In this document: piece by piece, positions 39,101-51,724 of the stretch
How the letters are laid out: every line of letters begins with the position of its first letter
How positions within the stretch are numbered: position 1 is the stretch's first letter
Source of the DNA: Mantamonas sphyraenae STR306
Lineage: Eukaryota > Protista > CRuMs
DNA length: 64,000 nt
NCBI GenBank assembly: GCA_026936335.1
Contig: JAPMXV010000001.1
Location: forward strand, 62,001-126,000
Reading direction: 5' to 3'
The notes under the pieces: model-generated
Seen by the model: the letters and a program-made list of their open reading frames with translations, nothing else
What the model was told of the DNA's origin: nothing
Databases searched by the model: none
Position numbers and translations under genes: made by a program

Positions 39101-42100
39101 CACTGACCTCGAGGAAACGCTCGACCTCATCTTCCAGACCATCCTGGAACACCGCGACGACTTTCGTGGTGTTTGCCCCAACCACAAACCATTCCATGGG
39201 TGTGGTCGCATGCATAGCCTCTTTCGTGATACCGTCATGTATGCGCTCGAGGAAATCACAAAGATCTATCCGCGCCAGCGCATCGTGTTGGAACAGACCT
39301 GCTACAAACGCCTTCTCGAGGAGATTTACGCTGTGAAGGACGTCGAACAGGTGCTGCCCGAGCTCATGGATCTGACAAACTCGCCACGCTTTCCCAATGC
39401 AGACCGTGAGAGCAACGACTGGAAGATGCCTCTGCGCCCCAGTTTGGAGGAGGCCGGCAGCCGCACGGGCGTCGGTCAGTCCGGCTCCTCTGGCACACAG
39501 ACACCGGTGAACCAAGACAGGGTAAACGGGTCTTCGGGCAGCCATGTGCAGGTGCCCGACATGAAAGGAGTGCACGAGCTGTTTTGCGAGGTCAACACCA
39601 TGCAGTACGACCGCGTAGTGAAGAATGTCATCGATTTGCGCGACCGAGGCTTGCTCAACAATCTGAGCAAACCCGTGGAGCAGGAAATCTACACAGGAGA
39701 CCCGTTGAAAAACAGCTCCAAGGTCACGCCCAGTTTGAAGCTGCTGGAAATCGTCGCGCAGCTGCGCAGCGTGCTGGTAAACCCGATGGCCTTTAAGCAT
39801 GTGATCAAGCCGTGCTTGCGCGAGGGTGAAACCATCACCAACTGTGCTCTGCTGCACTACCTGGATCGGCTGGCGACCAGCCTGCAGACACGATCCTCTG
39901 TCGACTCGGAGCTGCTTCCGGAGCCGTACATGGAGGTGCAGCTGTGGGAGTGTGAACCCACAGCGCTCATGTATGCCGATGTCGTGGACGACAAGCATTG
40001 GTGGGGCGTTAGCAACCGCGAGTTTTCCGACCAGGTGACGCACATCTACGTCGCCCGCAACCACCCCAACACTGCCGAAGCTGTAATCCACTGCTACATG
40101 CAGTATTACGGCTTCAGCCATCAGCAGTGTGTGATCATGGAGGCACTTGTGTCACGCAATGGCCCAGCAGACAGCATGGGCAACCGCTTGTACAAGCTTG
40201 CATCCGATCGAGTGCTCATCGAGTGCAAACAGAGTTCTGTGCGCCATCTTCTCCACCTGATGCAGGGCACGTCGTACGTGTTCAACAAAGTGCCGCGCAT
40301 GAATCTGCCGCCCCTGCTGTTTACGGCCGTGCTCGACCTCGCCGAAGAGGTGCACATGCTGTGTTACAACACACTCATGGACGATGACCGTCAGGTCAAG
40401 GCCACCATGATTGCCGACCTGTTTGAGCGCTCGGAGCGCCTGGAGCGTGAACAAATGGTTCACGGCAAGGAGCTGCTTGCGCCAAAGCTCAGCAAGGAGG
40501 TGCAGATGATTGAACAGCGTCACGACCTGCTTGTGGACGAGGTGACGGAGCTCGTCACGCGTGCTGCGTGGAACGCATCCGACCTACGCGTGCTGCTGCT
40601 CCTCGTGCGCACAGCCACCGCTGCCGTCCAAACATTTGGCACCGTGCCGCCCGGTCTGGCTGTGTTTTCGCAGCTGGTGCAGATGGCTGGACGCAAGAAT
40701 GCGGTGGACGAGCTGGAGATTGCCACGCGCGACGGCAGCGCGTACCCTGTGACCGAGCGCGATGTGGCCACCATCTACTGCGAGTTCAACGGCTACACTG
40801 AAAAGGACATCCAGCTCGTGTTCAATTCGTCCAAGTTTGACATTGGCGGTGTCATTTACGACCGAGTGCGCAAGAGCATCTGCAAGGAGAACCCCGACAT
40901 CGAAAACTTCCCCTGCTTCCAAGAACGCAAGAGCTCGTATGAAAAGACCGCCAAGGACGCCCTGAGCGTCAAGACGTACTTCAAAAAGTACATGGACGGC
41001 CTCTTCTTCATGTTCCCCATGCTGTTCAACTTTCTCCTGGTAATGACGTTCGGTGTGGGCATCTTTTCCTCGCTGTACATGAGCATCGAGCACCAGTCCA
41101 TGGTGGGCTACTCCATCTTTGTGGGCCTGATCTTTGGCGGAGCCATGAACCAAGGTCTGGCTGTGCTCGGTGGCTTGCATTTGCACCAGTGGAGCTATTC
41201 GCTGGTGATGTACATCCACGTGCGGATGTTCTTTGCGGCGCTCGCGCTGGTCACGTCTCTGATTGTGGTCACCGGCGCCTTCCTGCTCATATGGTACAAG
41301 TTTGTGGACGTGTGCCTGTTTGCCGGTTATACCCTGGGATTTGCCGCCATGATTGTGGCCACAGGCGCGCTTGTGAGTTCGCATCGCAAGAGCATCTGGC
41401 GCTCAACAGAGGGCAAGACGGTGCTGCTTGGCCAGCTTGCCACGCTGGTCTTTGTGGTCATCATGTACTTTGGCGTGGGTGTCATCGACAAGGACGTGTA
41501 CCCGACCTGGGGTGGCTGGGTGTATGTGGCCGGGTTGTTTGTGAACGACGCCGTCCTGATTGCAGGCTACGTGCGCTCCATCCACAAGAACACCAAACTG
41601 CTGGAGCACCTGCGCCCCGTGAGTGCTGCCCGTGTGTTTGAATGGTACGCCAAGCGCATGCAGGCGCGCACGGAGAAGGAAGGCTCGAATGTGGGCGAGC
41701 CGCAGCTGCACCAGGTGCCACCCAACGGCAAGGGTATGTCGCCGCAGATGCTGGCTTCAGAGCTTTCCAAGTGGTATGCTCGCAGGTACGGCTTCATCAC
41801 ACACATCCAGGACGTTGTGGAGGTGCAGGCCTTCTTCAATGCCATGGCCAAAAAGGAGATGGCTCGTTTCGAGCAGGACGCGTGGGATGCCTACTCGGAT
41901 GCGTGCCAGGAGGCGCTCGACGGCGGCCTGCTGGCTGCGCTGAAGCAGGTGCCGGACGTGATTGCCGACAAGATCGAGTCGTATCAGATGGAGGAGGACC
42001 TGGTGCATTGGTTCTGCCTGCTGCAGGAAAAGAGCCGCCCCAAGCCGTGGACCGAGACGTGGGACAAAATGCTCAGCGACGCAAAGACCGAGTATACGCT

Positions 42101-45100
42101 GAAGCAAAAGACGGACAAGCTGTTGCGTGGCGGCCTGCAATGGGATTTGGTGCGCGCCCAGGTGGCGTACGGCTGCATGTACTTTCTGCTGCTGTTTGTG
42201 GACCGTCCTCTGCAGTGGGTCAACGGCGAGACGCAGATGTTTGTGCCCACCAGTGCCTACGAGGTGGGTGTTGTGTGGGCGCTTGTCTTTCTGCTCATTT
42301 GCGTCGCAGCACTGGAGCCCGTCATGACGCGCATGATGAAGCACGAGACCCTGGCGCGCGACATGCGCCTCAAGGACGAGGAAACCATCGCCGAGATGGA
42401 GGCTCAGTACAAGCGAGAGAAAAGGCGCACCTATTTGTCCGAACTGCGCGGCTACATGGCCAACATGCTTGTGGCGGCCATCCTGGCAGCTGGACTGATG
42501 ATTATCAGCATGGCCATCCTGTCCCAGTTGCCCAACGCACCGCTGCCATTCACGTTTGACTTTTTCCTGGGTGTCCTTCAGGTGTTCCCCTTTGCAGTGG
42601 CTGGCTATGTGGGGTTCGCCATGGGGTGTTTCAACACGCTGTTCCTTGGACGTGCGTACGTGGGTCGCGTGGCCTGGTCGCTCGTCTACGCCATCCTCCT
42701 TGCCTGGGTGGCGGGTGGTCTTGCGTTTGTCTTTGCACCACGCCAAAACAATCTGGCCAGTCTGTCCATTACTGTGGGCGGTTGGATGTTCTTCTTGCTC
42801 ACACTGCGCTTGGAAATGGGCCGCTGGAGTGCCAATCTGATGACAGTGGACGACAACTCGCGTGAACTGTACCTCAATCCGCAGGAGCAACAGTTCCTCA
42901 ACACCAGCGGACAGAAGTACGTGGGAAGCCACACACCGTCGCCACAAGTGATGAGCCGTGTGGTGCAACACCTGCGCGAGCTGGAACAGAACCACGCCGA
43001 TGGAGAAGTGTCGAGCGTGTCGTACGGTGGTGCGTTGGGCAAGGCCGTGTCGTCGCTGTTTCGTGTGGCCGCGCGACGCCTGGAGACGCTGGAAGAGGAA
43101 AGTGTGATCAACATGGCGTACCCTTTGTTGATCGACCAGATGCGCCAGATTGAAGATCTGTGGAACAAGAACACCATCCGAGTGGTTCTTGTGCCCAGCG
43201 ACCACCTCTTGGTGTCGCACAACCAGCGTCTCAGTGCCCTCTCATACGTCAAAGAGGACTACAGTGTCAATGTGTACGTGGGTGTCGAATCCGAGGTCAA
43301 GCAGTCGCAGCTGGTGCGACGTGTGGCCGAGGCTGTGCTGCACGAGGCTCTGGAACGCTTCTACGGCCTTCCCCACAGTGAGGCCATGGCTGCCGAATTC
43401 GTGCTGGGTGAAGACGTGAACGATCTGCCCGAGCGCGTGAAGCACGAAATGTCTGTGCTGCCCCAGAGCCAGCTGCGTCTGTTGAAACTGCGCACCAATG
43501 CAAGCGTGCTTCAGGCGCTCTTGTTTGGACCCATCAATGGCATCGAGCAGACATGGCCAGAATTGCCACGCTATGTCCGCCGATTCCTGCTTGGGTTGGT
43601 GGTGAGTGTGGACCCTGCGTCTGCACACACGTCGACGGGCGTGGGATCCTGGATCGAGGCGTGCCTTGGCATGAGTGCCGAGGACTTTGAGCTTGCACAC
43701 AATTGGCTCTTCCGCAAGCAGGACGAGGACGCAGGAGACATGGTTGTGGAGCAGCGTCTGGCACGTGCACAGATGTTGGCCCACATTGCCGTGACGGTGA
43801 AAGACGACGTGCGCGTTTACCTCACCATGAACAGAGCCAACCAGCGATCGGACGAGCACGAAGGTCTGCGCCAGGCGGTGAACTACGATGTGGGCATGAG
43901 TCTGAGCGAGGACCCGTTTGCCGACTTGACGTCTGTGCTTGCTGTGAAGGAAGCGTCGCGCACACGCAGCTTCTGGTCGCGGATGCTGGACAGCCTGGAA
44001 GTCTTTATGCGCATCCAGTTCTTGGCCTTTGTGGGCGACACGTCGTTCCCTCGCGAGTGCCATTATGCGCGCAACAACGCAGAAGAGGGCTTTGGCTGGC
44101 TGGGCAACCTGCTCTCGTACATCATGCTGGTGGAGTACTGGTCGCAGAGGGTTTTGGTCAACAGCAGTGTTTGGTTTGTGCTGACAAGCATGCGACCAGA
44201 CATCCACCACCTGAAAGAGCAGGTGTACAACGGCCTGCAGCGAATGGAGGTGTGGGCCAATGGCCGCAAGCTGTCTGTCAAGTCCCTGGATCCGGCGGGC
44301 CAAAGCACGTCGTTTGTGATGTGGGACGACAAGGAAGACACGGTGCTCAGTGTGTATCGCGTGCCGGGGCTGGTGGACATGAACAAGGCGCTGATGGTCG
44401 ACGGCCACGACGCCATGGTTCTGGGCGGCGAAAACAACTTTCGCATCGCCATGCAGGCTGCTGGTTTGACCACCAAAGTCGTGCAAAAGGCACGCTACCT
44501 GCGAGACGGGCGCCTGCATTCCGTGCAATATCGCGAGAAGAAGCCGTCGACAGCATTCTTCTCGTACGGAAAGTCACGGAGTGAGACCGGAGTGCGCATC
44601 CCGGTGGAGAAGCTTGTGTACGCGGGGCAACTGGACGAGCCGCCTGAAGACGCAACCCGAGTGCAGGAGTTGTGGTACTACGACGCAGCGGGGCGCATCA
44701 CACGCGGCGTGTTGTACCGCAGACACCACGGCAGTGGCGAGCGCATCCAGATCAACGTGTCATTCCTGATTGAGGGCCAGCTGCATGCGTTGGAGCCGTT
44801 TACGGGCTCGGTGATGTTTGAGAACGTGCCGTCGCGCACGGGGTACAGTGGCACACTTGTGGTGCGCTACCACGCGTTCACGTCGTACCCGTGGAAGAGC
44901 GTGTGGTCGGAACAGGGCACGGGACGACGTGTGATCACCAGTTTCCGGTACAACCACATCAAGCACCCGACGATGACGTCAGAGCTGGTGGTGAACGAGA
45001 CCACGCGTCAGCCGTGCGACACGCCCGACGTGGTGGCCGAGGACAAGCACCTGTACAAACTGTTGGCCGTGGGTCGCCGTGGCCTGACCATCTACGAAGA

Positions 45101-48100
45101 AGACGTGATGGCCAAGCTGCCTGCGGTGCGACATGTGTGGGAGAACCTGGACCTTGGAAACAAGGCACGCGTCAAGTTTGGCGGATCGCCAACGTACGGT
45201 GAACGCAGTGTGTACGCACGCAAGTACCCTGTGTTGCAGGCGAGATTGGCTCTGTGGACGCTGTGGAAAACAAAGGCGCTGGAGGGGTCGTTTGCCATGT
45301 TGATGGACGAAAACCTGCTGCGCACGGAGCCTGTGCTGAAGCGGTACTGGTTCCTTCGCGACACGCTGAACGTGGATGCGGCACGGCGGGAAATCGAGGA
45401 GAATGTGGACGAAATCGGCCCTGCGATCCAATCGCAGGAGAACCCCGGGTTCAGCTCGAACCTGCTGACGCGCGTGTCCGACTTGAAGATTATGGGCCGC
45501 GGCTTTGACTCGCACGAGGTGTTTGTGCTGGAGGAGGAGGTGACGCGCAGCAGCATGTCGCAGGACAAGATTATCACGGCGCTGGGTCTGGACAGCGGGA
45601 CGTGGCCGGCAGACAATGGTGGCGTGGCGTCGTGTCGTCGCGATTTGGTCGACCGTATTTCCACGGTGCGCTGGTCGCACATCAGCGAGACGGCCAACGC
45701 GATGAAGCTGTTCAACTATCAGGTGGTGAAGAACGTGAACAGCATGGTGATTGTGCCGCTGTGGGGCAACGACGTGGCTGGGCCGAACGAGTACGTGCAC
45801 ACAGACATTCAGTACACGGCTTTGGCAGCCAAGACGCAGCGCACGACGAAAAAGGTGATCCGAGAGTACTTTGTGCCCACGCTGCGGCGTCTGGTTCGAG
45901 GATGTGCTGGCACGCGCGAGCGCCTGACGCGCGAGGACCTGGAGGAGTACACCACCACCATGGTGAACATCTACGTGTACTTTCAACACTACGATTGGTA
46001 CCGCACATGGCACGACACGCAGACTGTGAATGCTTGGCGGCAGGAGTGGCTTCAGTACACGCTGAACAGCTACAAGGTGCTGCAGGTGGTGGACTCGGAG
46101 CGTCCGCGTCTGGTGGACATCGACGCAGCCATGTCTCTGTTCACACACTTTCTGATGCCCTTCACGGCACCCATCCCGCAGGTGGAGGTTGCGCAGGCGT
46201 CGCACCATGGCATCCAAAGTGTGTTGGGTGCAATTTGTAGGCGCCTTTGGGGCTCATCGTTCCTGGTGTGGGACCACGGTATGCTGTGGCGCGAGCGCAT
46301 TCGTGCGTTTAGCGAGACGGATGCGTTTACACCATTTGTGCGCAACGCCATGATTGGGTTGACACGCGTTTGCTCCTCGGTGGCTTACTTCAACGCCGAC
46401 TGCGTGACGTCGTGCTCGAGCACGGGCAACCCGGAATGGGAGCTGCGTTTGGGTCTGAAGTGGGGCATGGAGCGCACGGAACTGCGCTGGAAGATGAACC
46501 CAGTCATCAACGGCATGGAAACAGACCGCTTCTCGCCGCAGCGAGGCACGGAGGAGATGCGTCCGACGGCAGTGATGCTGTCGCATGTGTACGAACTGAA
46601 GGACGTGAAGAACGCAATCATGGCCACCGATGTGATTGTGAACAAGTTCAAGGTGACCGACTTTTTCCTGCTGGTGTACGGATCGCTGGCCAAGGATGCG
46701 CAGTATGTGAGCGAGTGCCGTGAAATCATCACTGCCAAGGATTTGGGCCGCAACGTGGACCTGGCCGGCCTGGGCAATGCGCCCAAGGTGGTGCCTCGCG
46801 GCTGGATCTTCCTCAACTCGAGCAAGAGTGAGGGTCTGCCCCTTGCGCTGGGCGAGGCCGGTCTTGCGGGTCTGCCCGTGGTGTGCACAGACGTGGGTGG
46901 GTCGCAGGAGGTGGTGACACAGGGCAAGTACAGGTATGGAGCTGTGGTGCCACCGAAAAACCCAACGGCGCTGGCACGTGCCATTTTGCACACGCTGGGA
47001 ATGTGCGGCGACTTGCTGAGCATCACACAAGTGCCGGACGAGAATGGAGTGATGACACCGCTGACGCAGCCGGAGCTGCAGCTGGACGAATGTTCGCCGT
47101 TCAACCGCAAAGGCATCGACATCACAGAGCGAATCTATGCGGTGAGCGACTACAGACGACTGCTGGGCATGCGTTTCCGCACGTACGTGATGTCGACGTT
47201 TGGCATGGAACGCTACCTGCGTCAGCACGAAGCGCAAATGGTGGCCGGGGCGCTGAAGTACAGGCTGCGCAAGGCACAGTGCAGGGTGGTGTGGCGTGGA
47301 CAGGTGGCCGAGGCGTCGCACGCATCGTTCTTCCGCCACTTTGTGACCAAGAGCGAAGAACGGCTGTTTGAAGACGACATGGAGATGGAAGAGGAGACGC
47401 TTGCACGCGTGCAACAGATGGGCGACGAGGACGAGGTGGGCTGGGAGGGCATGCTGCGTCTGCAATTGGAGGTGCGCCGACTGCAGAACGAACTGTTGCA
47501 GCAGAGCAACATGACGCAGACGTCTGTGTCGAGCAGGCTCAGCCGCAAACGCAACGATCGGTCGTTCACTGTGGATGTGGAGGCCTTGCGAGACAGTGGC
47601 GACCACAGGCAGCGCAGGCTGTTTGAGAGGCTGTCCAACGTGCAGACCATGGCCTCGCAGAGCATGCTGGGTACGCCCGCGGCAGGTGGGTCGAGGCGCA
47701 TGAGCGAGTTGGTGAACGCGGCCGGTGAACCGACGTCGTTGCTTCAGAGTGTGCTGAGTGACTTGGATGAAGAGGACAGTGGGGCAGAGCTGGCGCACAG
47801 CCATTCGATGGACAGCACGGATTCGCCCATGCCGCTGCGATTCCGAGATTCGCCCGTGGGTGTGGGTGGCAACCGCGGCGGACCGGCAGTGGTGACGCCG
47901 CGCTACACAAGGCCGATGAACGAAGATGGGGTGGAAGAGGAAGAGATTGAGGTGATTGAGGTTGTGGTGGAAGACAGCGAGGGAAGCCGTGCAGGAACAC
48001 CCGGGAACACCGGGAGCAGGGCGAGACAGGTCCAGGACACCACCCAACCAGCAAAGGGGGAAGGAACAGACACTGGGTGTGCCATTGGCGCAAGGGGCAC

Positions 48101-49762
48101 GTCACCAGGCGCTGCTGAAGGGGCGGCGCAGGTCGCGGCCGCAGTTGTCGCTGTTGGATGTGCCTGTGGACGAGGAGGAAGACGGGAGCGTTGTTGCACT
48201 GGGCACACGCTCGCCAAGGAGGCTGTCTGGCGTGGACGAGCTGGGCAACGATTGGGACAAGTGGAACGACGCAGGCGTGTCGCTGATCATGCCATCGGTG
48301 TCCACTGCGGCTGACGAAGGCGACGGGAAAATCAGCAAGGCGTCGTCGACCCTTGCCAGTCCGTTGCGTTCGGCTCGTTCGACGTCAAGACCCGGACCGA
48401 TGCGTCCGCCTGCGGGGCTGGGACGTCGTCGCTCGAGTGTGGCTGCTACGACGCCGCTGTGGTCGGCAAGTTCGACCAACGAAAAGCTTGCGTTCCTGAA
48501 TCCGGCGGCGTCGGAGGATGTGGGCGCAGGCGGCGGAGTGAGTCCGAGCAGATCGATGCGACGAAGCAGCAGCGCAAGCAACGAGGTGGATGTGAAACGT
48601 TGGGGCAAGTTGCGATCGATGCTGAGCAGGTCATCGACGCCGACAACGTTGTTGGGACAGGTGCGCACAGCAGGATCGACGCCGATGGACAGTTCGACGC
48701 CGCAGCCGTCGACAGTGAGCAAGTTCCAGCTGGACATGGTGGAAGAACTGGAGGACGAAGGGTCGGATGTGGGTGTGCCAGAGTATGTGGAGAACAGCGT
48801 GGGCAAGGTGGGCTATGTGAAGTTGGTGCGTGTCCTGTCGCTGTTCCAAGGCTCGATGGACCGTGTGATGTCTGCGTTGAAGGAGGCAGATTGGCCAGTG
48901 GGGACGGAAATGGTGCGCAAACTGGTGGGAGCCCTGCCCGATCCGGACACGGTGGCCGCAATTCGCCGCGAGATTGCAGCCGCAGGCCTGACCGAAGACT
49001 CGCCCGAACTCGTCCTGCCGCTGCGTTTGGTGTTGCAGGTGGATGCTTTGGGCGACGGAAGGGAGCGTGCGCGCAGTCTGCTGTACCACAAGAAATTGAT
49101 GCAAGGACTGACGGAGGCGGAGATGAAGGCCGAGCTGTTGGAAACGGCGTTTGGAGAGATGGTGTCGTCACGCACGCTGTCCGAGGTGCTGGAGCTACTG
49201 GGCAATGTGATGCGAAAGCAGGTGACCCCTGCCGAAGGGGTGGAGGTGCCAGCGGGAGGGTTTGAGTGGTCGCAGCTGGCGACGCTGGACACGCTCAAGA
49301 CACGACGTGGACGCACGACAGCGCTGCAGTTTGCCCTGACGATGAGCGAGCAACAGTTGGACGAGGACGACTTTTCGGCGGAGATCAGCCACCTGAAGGA
49401 GGCTGCAGGCTGTGGGTAGTGAGTGGACGGTGCAGATGGTGCAGCGACTGGGCAAGTACCTGAAACCTGTGGAGTGGCACCTGAGCCATGAGGTGGAGGA
49501 AGAGACGGACGACCAGTTTTGGAAGTGGATGATGGAGAACGTGCAAGCACACCGACATCGCCTTGTGACGGTGGCCAACACCATCGACAAGATCAACCAG
49601 GGATGCCGCAACTTTGTGAGCGACTTTGTACGCAGCGACGACTCGGTGGACTTTAGCCATGTGTTTGGCAACCTGTGGGCGTTTGCAGAGATGTGGAACA
49701 CGGACGAGAATGATGATGGCGCGGACGAGGAAGATGGAGAGGCTTGGAGTGTGATTATGTGA
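36124..49762 (+). CDS. Giant (about 4,510 aa) multi-pass membrane GT4 glycosyltransferase, Gtb3/PelF-like, with C-terminal FH2-like domain; exons 36124-37329 and 37434-49762, frameshifts at about 48003-48005 and 49408-49409
   Basis: Acidic disordered N-terminus; phase-0 intron gtgcgt...cactgac...cag; SFCIYLG...FDMLVLDP; two clusters of hydrophobic TM segments (about 41000-41580 and 42150-42830); DSGTWP..GGVASCRRDLV; ASHH...WDHGMLWRER (PelF/DUF3492-like); GT-B EX7E motif NSSKSEGLPLALGEAGLAGLPVVCTDVGG at about 46815-46900. Confidence 0.8.
48790..49720 (+). other. Degenerate formin-homology-2 (FH2)-like domain
   Basis: Motifs in FH2 order and spacing: LVGALPDPDT (cf. L..FLP..EE), RERARSLLY, AFGEMVSSRTLSEVLELLGNVMR (cf. 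S..L..LL..IL..GN.MN), AGGFEWSQLATLDTLKT..GRTTALQF (cf. A.GF.L..L.KL.D.K....TLLHY), EISHLKEAA and, after the frameshift, DDQFWKWM and VFGNLWAFAEMW. Confidence 0.7.
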
Positions 49763-49786
49763 GAGGCATAAAGGCACAGATGGTAC

Positions 49787-49788
<2 letters not shown>

Positions 49789-49818
<30 letters not shown>
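49789..49818. repeat. (CA)15 microsatellite in the intergenic spacer
   Basis: Uninterrupted CA run between the stop at 49762 and the next ATG at 49875. Confidence 0.95.
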
Positions 49819-49820
<2 letters not shown>

Positions 49821-49874
49821 AGCAATTGGGTGCGTCAGCGTGTCCAACGGGAACTCCGACTTGGTGCCAGGGTG

Positions 49875-51699
49875 ATGAGCAGCGAAGACGGCGGATTTTT
49901 GCTGCTAAGTGGCAAAACGGTGGCCCAAAAGGCCGGCGTGGGTGTGAAGGAAGCTGAAGTGGCGGTGGTGTCGAGCAAAAAGGGAAAGAAGGGAAAGCGA
50001 AGGAAGAAGAAGGCAAACGGGGATGTAGAGGCAAATGGAGAATCACAGCGCAGGCAGAGTGGGGTGGAGGACGTGGAGCGAGAATTGGGTGCAACTGTGG
50101 TGGAAAGCGAAGAGCGTGCAGACTCGTTTGAGGAGCTCGGGGTGGACGATTGGCTGTGCAAGTCGCTTGCAAAGCTGAACATTTCGCGCCCCACAGCTGT
50201 GCAGACAGCGTGCATTCCGGCAGTCCTGAGTGGTAAGTGGCATGGGAAGTGTGTTGGGCATCTGTAGGGAGGTTGTTGTGGCGATGGGATGACGATTGCT
50301 GACACCTGCGCGCAGGGCGAGACGTTCTGGGCCGGGCGCAGACTGGAAGCGGAAAGACGGCGTCGTTTGCCGTGCCCATCTTGCAGGAGCTGGCATCAGA
50401 CCCCTACGGCGTGTTTGCAGTTGTGTTGACACCCACCCGGGAGCTGGCACTGCAGATTGCACAGCAATTCGACTCGATAGGCGAGTCGTTCGGTGTGCGC
50501 TGCGTGACCATCATCGGCGGACTGAGTAAGTGTCGCGTGTGCACACACACATGGATGCAAGGAAGTGAGAGAGCCAACGCCCAACGCCCCCGCCCACGTT
50601 GTTTCCCCACTCCTTCGGTGTTTCCACTGACACATGCACCTGCAATAGACATGACGCGGCAGGCAATGCTGCTGGAGAAGCGGCCGCACGTGATTGTTGC
50701 CACTCCCGGCCGCTTTGTGCACCACATGCAACAGGGCACAGCGGGATTGGATCAATCGCTTCAGCGGGTGCGCTATCTGGTGTTGGATGAGGCGGATAGG
50801 CTACTGAGCGAACGTTTCGAGGAGCAGATGGCGTACGTGCTAGAAGCGCTGCCCAAGGAGTTTCCCGTGGCTGAGCGACGTAAAGGAGAGGCACAGATGG
50901 TGATGCGACGAAGGCAAACGCTGCTGTTCTCGGCCACCATCACACGCAGCCTGGAAAGTGTACAGCGAGGGGCGCAGGTTGCGCCGTTTATGTTTTCGGC
51001 GTGCGACGAATATGCGACGGTGGAGAAGCTGCGGCAGGAGTACCTGTTCATGCCTGCCAAGGTGAAGGATGTGTTTCTGGTGCACGTGCTGGACACCCTG
51101 GAATACGAAAGCGGCATTGTGTTTGTGTCGACGTGCCAGTACGCACAGCTTGTGCACGAGATGCTGAAGCTGTTGGGATTCAGCAGTACGCCGTTGCACT
51201 CGCTGCTGACTCAGACCGATCGCATCAAGTCGCTGGGACGGTTCCGATCGTCCAAGGTGAAGTTGCTTGTGGCCACCGATGTCGCCAGCCGAGGTCTGGA
51301 CATTCCCACGGTGGAGTTGTGGTGAATTACGACGTTCCATCCGTGGCCAAGGACTACGTGCATCGTGTGGGCCGCACAGCACGTGCGGGCCGCAGCGGAC
51401 GCGCGTTGACTCTGATCTCGCAATACGACGTCGAGCTGGTGCAGTCGATCGAAGCACTGGTGGGCAAGAAGATGACGTTGATGGAAGTGGACGAAGACGA
51501 GGTGCTGGACGACCTGAATCGTGTGAGCAAGGCCAAGCGGGGGGCCAAACTGGTGATGTTTGAAAACGGCTTTGACGAGCGCAAGGCCAAGCGCAAGCGG
51601 GAGAGGGATGGCAACAGGGACAATGACGGCTCGTCGTCAAACCAGGGCAGTGGGCACGGGACGGGAGGAGGAGATGTGAAGCGGAGTCGCGCGGAATGA
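49875..51699 (+). CDS. DDX49: DEAD-box RNA helicase DDX49/DBP8; exons 49875-50232, 50316-50525, 50649-51699, frameshift at about 51319
   Basis: Q motif [45 protein letters not shown] (DBP8-typical), [27 protein letters not shown]. Adding one G gives VELVVNYDVP...[13 protein letters not shown]. Confidence 0.9.
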
Positions 51700-51724
51700 A
51701 GCAGAGCAAAAAGCGAGCAGAGAG

